From Lama glama (taxonomy: Eukaryota), in NCBI GenBank assembly GCA_028534125.1, contig CM052817.1:26848001-26912000 (forward strand): a stretch of 64,000 bases of DNA. Reading direction: 5' to 3'. Of this stretch, positions 13,722 through 24,893 are shown in pieces. The stretch's first letter is position 1, and the number at the start of each line of letters is the position of its first letter. Position numbers and translations under genes: made by a program. Under the pieces are notes generated by a model. The model was not told where the DNA came from and did no database searches. It saw nothing but the letters and a program-made list of their open reading frames with translations.

Positions 13722-14384
13722 GCTGAACATTCATTCAAAAAAAAAATTATAGACAACTCATCAATTTACCAGCAGGTGGCTCCCCAAATCTAAGTTTAGA
13801 ATAAGACAGTATACTCAAACCTAGTGAGAAGTCATTATTGTTTCAGGGTTTTTCTTATTTTGAGTGTTTGTTTGATTGGTCTGATGTGGTTGGGTTAGTA
13901 TGAGGGAGGAATGAGAGTTTTTTATTTATATTAAAACATAAAATACTCCTTCCTACCATTTCATATGGCTCTTCATAATCCTTAAGATTTAAAATGAAAA
14001 AAAGTTTGTTTCTTAATATTTTTTCTTTTATGTTTGCTCAAGCATTTAAATGCTGAGGCAACATGTATAATTTCACTATAAAGTGACTGACATTTCACAA
14101 AGGAATATCATACCTATTTAAATTATGTATCCTGAGCATTAGGGCAAGGATCTCCATAAAAATTATATAAATCTTTACCTCTTTCATGCCATCTGATTTG
14201 CTAGGATATTCTAACATTGAGACATGAGCTTTGTTTTGACCCAAATTGCACACACAGTGCTCCCAGTGAAATCATCAATTCAATAGAATTTTTAGATATG
14301 CCACAATTTTATTGACCCTTTGCCAATGCCAGAATGTCTCAATATGTTCAGGTCTATAATTCATTTTCTAAGAAAACAGTATTT

Positions 14385-14720
14385 CAGAAACAAATGTTGT
14401 CTTAAAGTCTATTTTGTTTGATAATAATATAGCCATTCAAACTCTCTTTTGGTTCTGGTTTGCAAGGCTGTAGTTTTCCATCCTTTCACTTTCAATCCAT
14501 TTATGTCTTTGAATCTAAACATTTTCTTGTAGCCAGCTTATAGTTGGATTTCAAATCCATTCTACTAACCTCTACTTTTTAATTGGAGCATTTAATCCAT
14601 TTACATTTAATGTAATTACAGATTAGGTAGGATTTATATCAACAATATTTCTATTTGTTTTCTGTATGTCTTATATCTCTGTTCTTTTACTCCTCCATTT
14701 CTGCCTTCTTTTGATAAACT
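14385..14720 (-). mobile_element. Old L1 ORF2 fragment
   Basis: cttaaagtctattttg...atccatttacatttaatgtaatta is typical antisense L1. Confidence 0.7.
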
Positions 14721-16340
14721 TTTAAATGGATATGTTAAGTATATATTGTTAAGTAAGTATTAAAATAAATAAACATCTTTCCCCTATAAATTGCCAATAT
14801 TTCTCAGTCTCTTCAAATCCTTCTCCACTCACTTTTTTCTTAGTAAATAAATCACAGACTTGAACATATCAAGAAACAAATAGAAACTGGGTTATGCAAA
14901 TAATTCATGCCATTAGGACTAAAAACCAGGTCTTTTGACTCTTTAGTTTCAAAGTTCTCACAACTGTTCCATGTAAGTGGACTGAATTCATCTGTGACAT
15001 GAAATCCTTTTAATTTTTTTTCCAGTTCTGAACTTCTTGTATTTTTTCCCTCTTGTTTCAGAAGAAGCATTGTTTTTCTAACTAATTATTGAAGTCAAAT
15101 ATCTTAATATGGTGTTTCCCCAGGTGTGGGGCCAGCACCATCAAAGGTATACAAGATGGTATGCCAACCTAGTGTTAAATAACAATTAAATACACAATGA
15201 GGAATCTGCTTTATCCAATTCTCTTTCACTCCTTTCATCAAGGAGAAAAGTCTTATTTTTATACTGGTGTTTAACACCTCTCTAACATGGCCCATCTCCC
15301 TTTTAACCAAGAACAGTCAACTTCAAGCTGGAGCTTTGGTACAACCTTCTCTAGCTAGAATTTAATAGTGTTATTTTGCTTTTGTTGTGGTTATTTTCAT
15401 TTATGGAAAATGATGACTTTCGATTTACAGTTTTTTATTTAAGTAAAACCATGATTCTACATTAAAATAAAATATTGAGTAGGTAACATAAATGGTAGTG
15501 TATGGATGTAGAAAAATAACTCATGAACGTGATGCCTGAATGATCAACTCTGGGAAACTACTATGTTGGGGCAATCTATTACAATCGTTTGTCTCTTATA
15601 ACTCTTGTTTCTCTTGGGCCACAAAAGGCTGGGATAATGTCTCTAAAAGCCTCTCTTCCCTTTGCATCTTAGGTAACTCAGACTGGTCCTTAGTTGCTGT
15701 TGTCTATTTTGGCTTCTAAATCTCAGAGTGATATTTCTAATGGTGCTTTCTTTGAACTGCTTTCTCTGGACTTGTATTCCTTTCCACTTGCCCCACCCTT
15801 CAAGACTTTTTGCTTCATCCCAGTCTTCTGATGCTTCCAAATTAAAGATGTTTTTCCCTGTTCTGCAAGTGGCTATGGTCCTTTTGGCTAATCTTTGATG
15901 GTCTTGAGTTAAAGAACCCATAATCATATTTTGATTTTCCTAAAGGGATCTTTGCACTGTTAACTTACTATCTCCTTTTCACGTTGTTTGGAACAAGTTT
16001 CCACAAGGTCTAGGTAAGAAGACACTTGAGTAATGCTACCCTAAACAAAGTATTCCTTCACACCAACTCCCACCCAGCATCAGAGGATGATGTTCATTTA
16101 TCTCAGGGTGCATTTCTTGCCTTTGTGGGTATCTATCCATTCTCTGGAATAGAATATTTCAGTATCTATCAGTCTCCAAATGCATCTTACCTTACCCATA
16201 AGGCCCTGAGGACCCCCAGACAAAAAGGGTTCCTGATGCCTCCCTTACTGTCCCAAAGTTCCAAGTTGGGTATAGCTTAGGTCTACAATGGGACACTAGA
16301 TAGCTTTACTAAATAAAAAAGAATAAGGAAAAGAATTGTA

Positions 16341-18297
16341 AAGATTTCCGGTCTAGATGGCTGAGTGGTAGGACCACAGGCTCGCCTCTCCTCATGACTA
16401 CAACAAAACCACAACTGAATGCCAACCAACCACCAAAGAAAAGACTGGAACCTGGCAAAAAATATCTTCTGCAACTGGAAACATAAAGAGGGAACCACAG
16501 CAGGACGGTAGGAGGGGCATGCTCCCGATATAATTGGGCCCCATACCCCTCGGGTGGGCAACCCATGAGCTGAAGATTTGTTAAGTCACAGAGGCCCTCC
16601 CACAGGAGTGAGACCTCTAAGCCCCATGTCAGGCTCCCCAGCTCAGGTTCTGGCATTGGAAAGAGGAGACCCCAGGACATCCTGCTTTGAAGGCCAGCAG
16701 GGTTTGGTGCTGGGAGCCCCATGGGACTGGAGGAAATGGAGACTCCATTCGTTTGGGAAGTGTACACAGAATCTCATGTGCGCCAGGTCCAAGGGCAGAG
16801 GCAGTGATTTCATAGGAACCTGGGCCAGGCCTGCCTGCTGGATGTGGAGGGTCTTCTGGGAACGTAGGGGATGGCTGCGGCTTACCCAGGGAACATAAAA
16901 GCTGGTGACAGACATTCTGGGAGTGTCCATCTACATGAGCTTTACTGGAGGCTGACATCTTGATTGGATCATTAGCACCAAGACCTAGCCCCACTCAACA
17001 GCTTTTAGGGAAGCCTCAGGCCAAACAACATACCGAGTAGGAACACAGCCCCACCCAACAGCAGACTTCCCAAGCCACAAAGGCCTCTAGACAGGGTCCT
17101 ACCCACCAAAGGTCCAGGACCAATCTTCACCCAGCAGTGGGCAGGCACCAGCTCCTCCTGCCAGGAACCCTACATAAGCCTCTAGTCCAGCCTCATCCAC
17201 TAGGAGCAGATACTAGAAATAAGAAAACAACAATCCCAAAGCCTATGGAAGAATCCACAAATATATAGAAAGATAGACGATATGAGGCAGCAAAGGGATA
17301 TCTCCCAGGCCAAAGCATAAGATAAAATCCCAGAAGAAGAAATAATCGATGAGGAGATAAGCAATTTATCTGAGAAAGAGTTTAAAGTAATGATGGTGAA
17401 GATGTTCAAAGAACTCAAGAGGAATACAGATGCACAGAGCAAAGTCTTTAGCAAAGAGTTGGAAAATATAAAGAATACCCAAACAGAATTAAAGAATAAA
17501 ATTACTGAAACGAATCACACACTAGAAGGAACCAAGAATAGACTAAATGAGGCAGAAGAACAGATCAGTGAGCTGGAAGACAGATTAGCAGAAATCACTA
17601 TGGCAGAACAGAAAACAGAAAAAAGAAGAAAAAGGAAAGGTTAGTTTAAAAGAACCCTGGGACAACATGAAGCACTCTAATATTTGCATTACAGGGGTCC
17701 CAGAAAGAGAAAAGAGAGAGAAAGGACCTGAGAAAATTTTGGGGGAGATACTCACTGAAAAGTTCCCCAATTTGGGAAAGGAAACAGTTACCCAAGTCCA
17801 AGAAGCACAGAGGGTACTACACAGGATCAGCCCAAAGAGCAACTCAGCAAGGCACATAGTCATCAAATTGACAAAAATTAAAGACAAGAAGAAAATATTA
17901 AAATTAGCAAGAGAAAAGCACAAATAACATACAAGGGAACTCCCATAAGATTATCAGCTGATTTTTCAGCAGAAACTCTACAGGCCAGAAGGGAGTTGCA
18001 CTATCGTGCACTTTTTTATACTTTTTTATAACTTTTAACTATTATAACTATTTAACTTCTAAATAGTTGCACTATTTAAAGTGATGAAAGGGGAAAACTT
18101 ACAACCAAGAATACTCTATCCAGCAAGGCTCTTGTTTAGATTTGATGGAGAAATCAAAAGCTTCACAGATAAACAAAAGCTAAAACATTTCGACACCACC
18201 AAACCAGCTTTACAACAAATGTTAAAGCACCTTCTCTAGTCATCAAACCATAAGAAAAGATAACAAAAAGAAGAAAGAGAAAAAACCAAAGACCTAC
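16341..18297 (+). mobile_element. L1 5' UTR + disrupted ORF1
   Basis: ORF1 peptides: coiled coil (17390-17644) and RRM-like NICITGVPE...QVQEAQRV...RHIVIKL (17667-17927); broken by stops and frameshifts. Confidence 0.9.
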
Positions 18298-18815
18298 AAA
18301 AGATTGCTTTGGCTGTTCGGGGTCTTTTGTGGTTCCTTACGAATTTTGGAATTGTTTGTTCTAGTTCTATGAGGAATGTCTTGAGTATTTTGACAGAGGT
18401 TGCGTTGGATCTGTGGATTGCTTTGGCTAGTGTGGCCATTTTGATAATGTTGATTCTTCCAATCCAAGAGCACGAGAAATCTTTCCATTTCTTTGTGTCA
18501 TTTCAGCTTTCAGAGTATAGGTAGCCTCCTTGGTTAATTTTATTTCTAGGTATTTTGTTGTTTTTGATGTAATGGAAATGTTTATGCCGTTTATAAAATT
18601 CTGGTTTTTGCAGTGAAAAAAAAGTGAATGAAGGGCTGTAAATGGCAAAGTATCTTTCTTATGAGTGAGTTGTATTCCATTACATATATGTATGCTGCAT
18701 CTTCATTATCTATTCAACTACTGATGTGCACTTAGGATGCTTCCATATCTTGGCCATTCTAAATAATGTTGCTGTTAATAGCAAGGTGTATGTACGTTTT
18801 TGAATTAATTTTTAT
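18298..18815 (-). mobile_element. Antisense L1 ORF2 / 3' fragments abutting the sense ORF1
   Basis: Minus ORF KAIHRSNA...ELEQTIPKFVRNHKRPRTAKAI (ORF2-like), followed by L1 3'-end sequence at ~18640-18815. Confidence 0.8.
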
Positions 18816-18924
18816 TTTGTGGTTGGCTTTATTCCTTTGATAACTATATAAGTTAAAAAAGCTAAAGCTCTAAACATTCTCAGAAACAATGAACAGTACA
18901 TATATGTAAATTAAAAAATATATG

Positions 18925-19455
18925 TGCAGTGAAAAAGAAAAAGAGCTATCAAGCCATGAAAGACATGGAAGAAACTTATAAGACATACTACTAAATGAAA
19001 GAAGCCAGTCTGAAAAGGCTACAAACTACGAGTCCAACCAAATGGTATTCTGGAAAATGCACAGCTACAGAAACAATAAAAAGATCGTGGTTTCCAGGGG
19101 TATGGGGAGAGAGAGGGAGGGAGGGATGAACAGGTGGAGCACAAGGGATTTTTAGGGCAATGAAGTTACTCTGTATGATACTATAGTGGTGGCTACATGT
19201 CATTATGCATTTGTCAAAGCCTGTAGAATGTACAACATCAAGAATGAACCCTAATGTAGACTATGGACTTCGGTTGATAATAATGTGCCCAGGTTGGTTC
19301 ATTGCTTGTACTAGATACGCCACACTGATGAGGGATGTTTAAGGTAGGGGAATGTGTATGTGTGGGTGGGGAGGGCTATGTAGGAACTCTCTATTTTCTG
19401 CTCAGTTCTGCTGTAAACTTGAAATTGCTCTAAAAAAAAAAGTCTATTAAAAAAA
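18925..19455 (+). mobile_element. L1MC-like 3' end
   Basis: gagctatcaagccatgaaagacatggaag...gaaccctaatgtagactatggactt...A-rich tail. Confidence 0.85.
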
Positions 19456-20812
19456 AGAGCTGTTGTAAAGAAAACTGTATTGTTTCTAAGTAGCAATAAT
19501 GATAAATTGCGTCATGATGTTTAGAACATGAGTTAAAATTCCTTGTTTCATACACTTTTTACAATTCTATAATGACAAAATTCAGTAGAACTGAACAGTT
19601 TTGTGTGTCCAGATCAAACTGAAGCAAGTAAGCAAATGTGTTTTGAATACCCACTTGGCTAACAATACAGGAGCTACTCTGGTCAAATGCAAGGAATGTT
19701 AATTTAAAAATATTTCAAATACTCTATCCTTTGGGGAAGGAGAATCTCTCCTTTTACTTACTTTGGCAGAGAGCTCCAGGTAACTAACTTTTAATTTTCT
19801 ACACCATCTCTGATTTAATGTTCTGATCATATTACAGGGTGCAACTTAAACAAAGACTATATTTTTTCCTACTCGCTTTCATAACAGTTGAATCCACACA
19901 CCTATCTCTATGGTTACTTTTGTACAGTGCTCACTGAGATTTGATATGCTTCCTTCTGGCTCTCCCAGCCAATACTTTAAGTCCACAATGAGCTCATAAA
20001 CCAGGAGTAAGAGACAAGGAGGCAGGGTTATACACATGATTAGAGTAAATAGTAACCATGAATTTACTAACCCACAACTGTTTGCCTGAGTTTTACTTTG
20101 GGGAAAGAGACTCTCAACAAATCTTGTTTTTAATACAGTGAGTTGTCACTTACATTGATCTATCATAAAAAAAAAAAACCCAAGAGCTCCTCTAATTATA
20201 CGTTAAAAGATAATATTTTCAAGTTTATAGCTAGCTTTTACCTCACATTTTCCAGCAGACTGTATTCTGTGCTGTGTGATGCATAATAAAATACACCATG
20301 ACCCCTAAGACACCTTCATATTTATAATCTTCTGTGCATGTGTGTGTGTTTGAAAGAGTGATATTTGGCTCTTTCTGGGAATAAAAAGCACCTGGAAATA
20401 AAAAGATATGGTATATAATAAAATTTAAAAGATATAATAAAACTATTTTAGAGTGTGTGTATTGTTCAGATTGTATGAGTAGAAAGATGGCAAAAGGAGA
20501 GAGAATACAGAGATGTACATAAATATTTATAATAAAAATTGAAGGGTGCTAAAGTACAAGTGTTATCCATTCCATTGAATTCTTAAGGGTAAGGTCCATG
20601 ATCATTTCTGTACATTCATTTTTTTTTTTTAACCTCCAGGGCTGAGCACAGTGCGACGTACATGGTAAGAATTTAATATATACCTGTTAAATTAATGAAT
20701 GACTGCATACATGATGCACAAAACGTTATGGAACATAGAGTAGGGAACACTTGACATTGAGAATAATGGAAGTGAGTGAATTGGTGGGTGATGGGGTCAG
20801 GGGGTAGAGGTT

Positions 20813-21268
20813 TGTAGCAGATTGCCACTAATAGCTCCCCAATATCCATTCTTCCATTCTTCTCTAGCAGTAGTTCCCTTGACTTTAAGCTGGACACATT
20901 TACCAACGCTTTTTGCTGCTAGGTACATCATGTGACTTAAGTTCTGGCCAATGAAATGTAAGCAAAAGTTATGTGTGCACCTTTCAGGTCATGTCCTTGA
21001 AAGGAACAGGTGAGTCCTTCCTTTCTTCTTTATTCCCCTAACCACTGGCTGGAAATGGACATAGTGGTAAACCATCTTGGACTAAGCTGACAAGGGCAAA
21101 CGCTTCAGGTGCAGCCTAAAAGAGGAGTCTGGGTGCCTGACAAGTCCCTGACAAGGAAGAGAGCTACTACGCCAACAGGACTTTATATGAGAAACTTCTG
21201 TTTTACTGAAGCCAGTGGTTATTTTGAGTCTCTGTTGCAAAGGCTAAATTTACATCCTAATTCAAGCA
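20813..21268. mobile_element. Old MLT1-type LTR
   Basis: catgtgacttaagttctggccaatgaaatgtaagcaaaagt MLT1 motif. Confidence 0.7.
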
Positions 21269-21274
21269 CAAGGA

Positions 21275-21870
21275 AGGTTTTATAAAAGGTGATGCTTGCG
21301 CTGAGTTTCAAAGATTGAATAGGAGTTCACCAGGTGGGCAAAAAGGGAAGCGCTTTCAAGACTGAGGGGATAGCATGTGTAAAGATACGGAAGTTTAAGG
21401 AATGACTTTAGGATACCAAACAATGAAGCTGAAAAGGCCAACAAGGGCCAGATCACAGAAAACCCTGCCTGCCTTGCTGAAAGGTTTGGACTTTTTCTGG
21501 TAGACAAGATGATATTGCATGGTAGGTATGCTGGAGAGTGAAAAGAAGATGAAAGTCTCACAACTCACATGCAAAATAAGCTGGGATAATTAATCTGCTT
21601 TGTACGAGAGGGAACAGAATCCAGAGAGGCTAGAGGACTTTTCTAAGTCAGGGACAGAGGTGGAATTAGAACCAGTAGTCTTTGAATCATACCAGAATTC
21701 TTCCAACTCTGTGGTATTTTGGCTGACTGCATCAAAATCACCTGGGTTACCTACTAAAACTGCAAACTCCTGGGTTCCACTACAGAGCAAGTCAGAATCT
21801 CTAGGGATGGGCTCCAGGAATTTGCATTTTTAACAAGGGTTTCAGGTGCTTGAAAGCTGAAAACCACAGA
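21275..21870. mobile_element. L2, MIR and MER5A-like fragments
   Basis: L2-like 21275-21545; MIR-like ~21595-21690; MER5-like agaatctctagggatgggctccaggaatttgcatttttaacaag at ~21710-21870. Confidence 0.65.
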
Positions 21871-23778
21871 ACTATACTAGTCTACCTCAAAAATATCTCT
21901 AAGTATTTATAAACAAGCCAAGTACATGGACTCCAGTAAATGTCTTTCAGATGCTAGTTCAGCAGATTAGCTTTCTCTGTAATCTCATACCTTGTAGGAT
22001 CAAAAGATTTAAGAAGCTGCTTCATAAATAAAACTTCTGGAGGTAGAAAGGAGGAATGAACAATTATTAAGCTACTACTTTCCAGACACTCTTCTTGACA
22101 CACATCATCCCATTAAAGCCTCACAAACAACCTCAAACGTAGGCATTACTAACTCCACCTCACAGATCCAGAAACTGAGCCTGAGGGATGGATATTAAGG
22201 ATTTGCCTAGAGTTACACAGATATGTCTATCAAATGCCAAAGTTTATCCCTTCCTGTTTAACATATTGAGGAAGGACTGGAGAACACAATTCAGAATCCC
22301 TGAATGTCCATAACTGATCTTAGTGTATATGTAAATTATGTTTTTTTCCAGATTGGACCACTTCTACAAAGTAGTTGGACAAAATCTGAGATTCCTAACC
22401 AGTAGCCAATAGGTTCTCTAGGGTTATTTAACTCTTAAGGTATATTTAGCAAGAATTTTGCTGAGATTGGGGCTTGCATTTCCAAGATTTTCTTGGGACT
22501 TTGATCCTTTTCGAAAAAGAAGAACTTCACTCAACTTTCAGTCTTTGGTTTTTTTGCCTTGGGAGAAAATGGAGACCAAATATCTAGTAGTTTTTTTTTT
22601 TCTTTTAAATGGATATTAGATCTATTTTGTTGATTTTTTAAATGATTTAATGATTTTTTAAAAATTAAAACTTGAAACATAATTTGTCAAGTTCCACAAT
22701 CCATTTCTATTTTACAAGACTCTTCTAAACCAGGCAAGAAATGTTTAGTACATACATGTTACATTTCATTTCATGACCTTTATTTATTCACATTTGCATT
22801 AGCTTGTTGAATTTTAATGCAAGAAAAATTCCAGCCTGTATAAAAAGGCTCTAGATATTCCGACTGGCATTAAAAATCATTAGACTACCAGACCTATTGA
22901 AATCTGGAGAAGTTTCAAAGTAGAAATACGAATGGTACATCATAGAGGAAAAAAGGCAATCTTTTCCTTTTTAGTTTTAAAACACGCACTTTAAAGATAA
23001 CAAAACAGGTTAAAAGGCTATCAATGAAGTGCTTAAAATGCACATAAACGCAATAGGAAATTTAAATCTGTCACTTGGTTTTATTCTAGAAATTAAGAAA
23101 GTATTTTTCCACTACCTTTAAAAATGAGCTCAGCTGATTTTTCTTTGATGCATTAGGATGCAGACTTCACTCCAGGGCTCTCAAAAATTAAAGCTGTCAT
23201 GTTGAAACCCTTTGGGGAGGTTTATACATATTCCCAGTTCCACCTCATAATTTGGGGGGTGAGGTGAATTTGATCGTTTGTAGGCCCATTTCAGCAGCAA
23301 CTTTCTTCGCAGGCAACTCCTGGAAAGGAGGGAAGCGGTCTTAACTTGGGCAAGACCTTTACGCAACTTGCTCTGAAGAGCCTGTTTAACGTGTTATCCG
23401 CTTTTCTAAAAAGCGTGGAAATAAGTCGGTTCAACTCTTCCTTTTCTTCAGTAGCTCTACGCTCGTCTGTTTTAAATTTCCTGTGCCTCAGCTAAACCCG
23501 CTAAGCTGGGTGTTGTCGGCAATAAAAGATTCTTGCTTTCAAGGAGGCCGTAGGAGATATATTGGGGGAAGTGGGGCCACCTGTGATTCTGAGGAAGTCG
23601 AGAACCCTCAGGACGGCAGGGGCCAACTGTGCAAGAGCCCTTGGACCCGAGGAGGGGCTGGCACACGTGTCCCAGTGAAGGAGGGAGAAAAAGCTGACAG
23701 AAAGTACACTTCGGCCAAATCCCGCGGGAATTGCCCTCAGGCGGCATTCCCCGCTTCCCCGCCCCTCCTCTGCTCCTG

Positions 23779-23792
23779 GTTGCCATGGAGAC
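23779..23792. promoter_or_regulatory. RFX X-box motif
   Basis: GTTGCCATGGAGAC, 12/14 match to the palindromic X-box GTTGCCATGGCAAC, inside the promoter CpG island. Confidence 0.7.
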
Positions 23793-23799
23793 CCGGGTA

Positions 23800-24177
23800 T
23801 TTGGCTGACGGACTGTGAGAGGCGGGGGAGGCCTACCTTTCTGAGGCGGGAGCCGGCGGGCCCAACAGCCCCGCGCTCCACCCTGCTCCGCCGCCGCTTC
23901 CGTCAAGGGCGACCGCGGGTGGCCGGGCGAAGCCCTGAGGCAAGTCCTCCCTCTGGGAACCCGAGCGAAGCAAGCGCCGGGGTCGCGACCCCCCTGCCCC
24001 GACCCCGGCGGGTGGGAGAGGCTCATTTGAACTAAACCGCCTGCGCGGGCCGCCACCGCAGCCCCGCCGTCCCGGGACTCCCGAGGGCGCTGTCTCAGAC
24101 ACCAGCCACAGGTGCCCGAAGTTCAGCGGCTGCCGCGTCTCTGTCCCCAAAGCCCCGCGGAACATCCGCCCTCTGGG
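23800..24177 (+). other. NSUN7: Probable non-coding exon 1 of NSUN7 (start uncertain)
   Basis: Strong donor GG|GTAAGG at 24177/24178 within the CpG island; downstream pyrimidine-rich acceptor (cttttctgttcacag) ends at 24485. TSS cannot be seen from sequence. Confidence 0.55.
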
Positions 24178-24580
24178 GTAAGGGAGGACTCCCGGGAGGC
24201 AGCGAAAGGAGCGCCCGAGGGGCCCCCCTTGCGGCTCACTGGGGAGCCCTGCCCTTAAACGGACCTCGTCTCTTGTGGCTTCGGAGGCGATTCACCAGCC
24301 GACTCCACCTCTCTCCCTTTGTGGGTGTGTGGAGGTGTAGTTGGGGCTTGTCCAGCTAGAAGTGTGCGGTGCTCGGGATCGGCTAGTAAATGCCACCTCC
24401 TGGTCTTTAAGGAGGCACGAGGAGGGCCACCAAGTGTGGTCCTACAGATATAGTGATTTACCGAGATAACCTTTTCTGTTCACAGAGACGATGCTTAAGG
24501 TACAAGGAAAACCATTTTCTGGAACATCTGAATTGTAATTTAAGCTTGAGTTACCTACGACAGTCAAGGGGCAAACAAAC

Positions 24581-24893
24581 ATGCTTGACTCCGCAAGTGA
24601 ACTGGAGTTTTCGGAAGAAAAAGCTACCGAGGATCCCTCCCAGCTCTCTTCCCTGGAGCTGTCAGGTGACACAGCGTCCAGCGGGAAAAACTCAGCTGGT
24701 TTACCCGAAAAAACTGGCTATCCGGACTCCGTTTACGTTATGGCAGCGAACATCTTTCAGGGTATTCGAGTCGAAAAGTCACCAGGGAAAGTCTTAATAA
24801 AGTATGGGAATGAACCCCTGCAGTACTCGACCGAGTTTGAGGATGAATCCTTTCAGCGTTTGTCCTACGAGCTGGCGTTCAGTGCCCTGAAAT
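24581..24893 (+). CDS. NSUN7: NSUN7 coding exon 1 (MLDSASELEF...LAFSALK)
   Basis: Matches the recalled NSUN7 N-terminus (PEKTGYPDSVYVMAANIFQGIR...SFQRLSYELAFSALK); donor T|gtgagt at 24894; 313 nt. Confidence 0.95.

Larger units (their letters stand above)
23700..24400. promoter_or_regulatory. NSUN7: CpG island / NSUN7 promoter
   Basis: Dense CpG and GC-rich tract in an otherwise AT-rich, CpG-poor window, just upstream of the first coding exon; contains GC-box-like CCCCGCCCC near 23757-23765. Boundaries approximate. Confidence 0.9.

Noticed and set aside
23472..24165. Long minus-strand ORFs (194, 126 and 110 aa) over the promoter
   Set aside because: Stop-poor GC-rich CpG island, overlapping in several frames, R/G/P-biased, with no recognisable homology.
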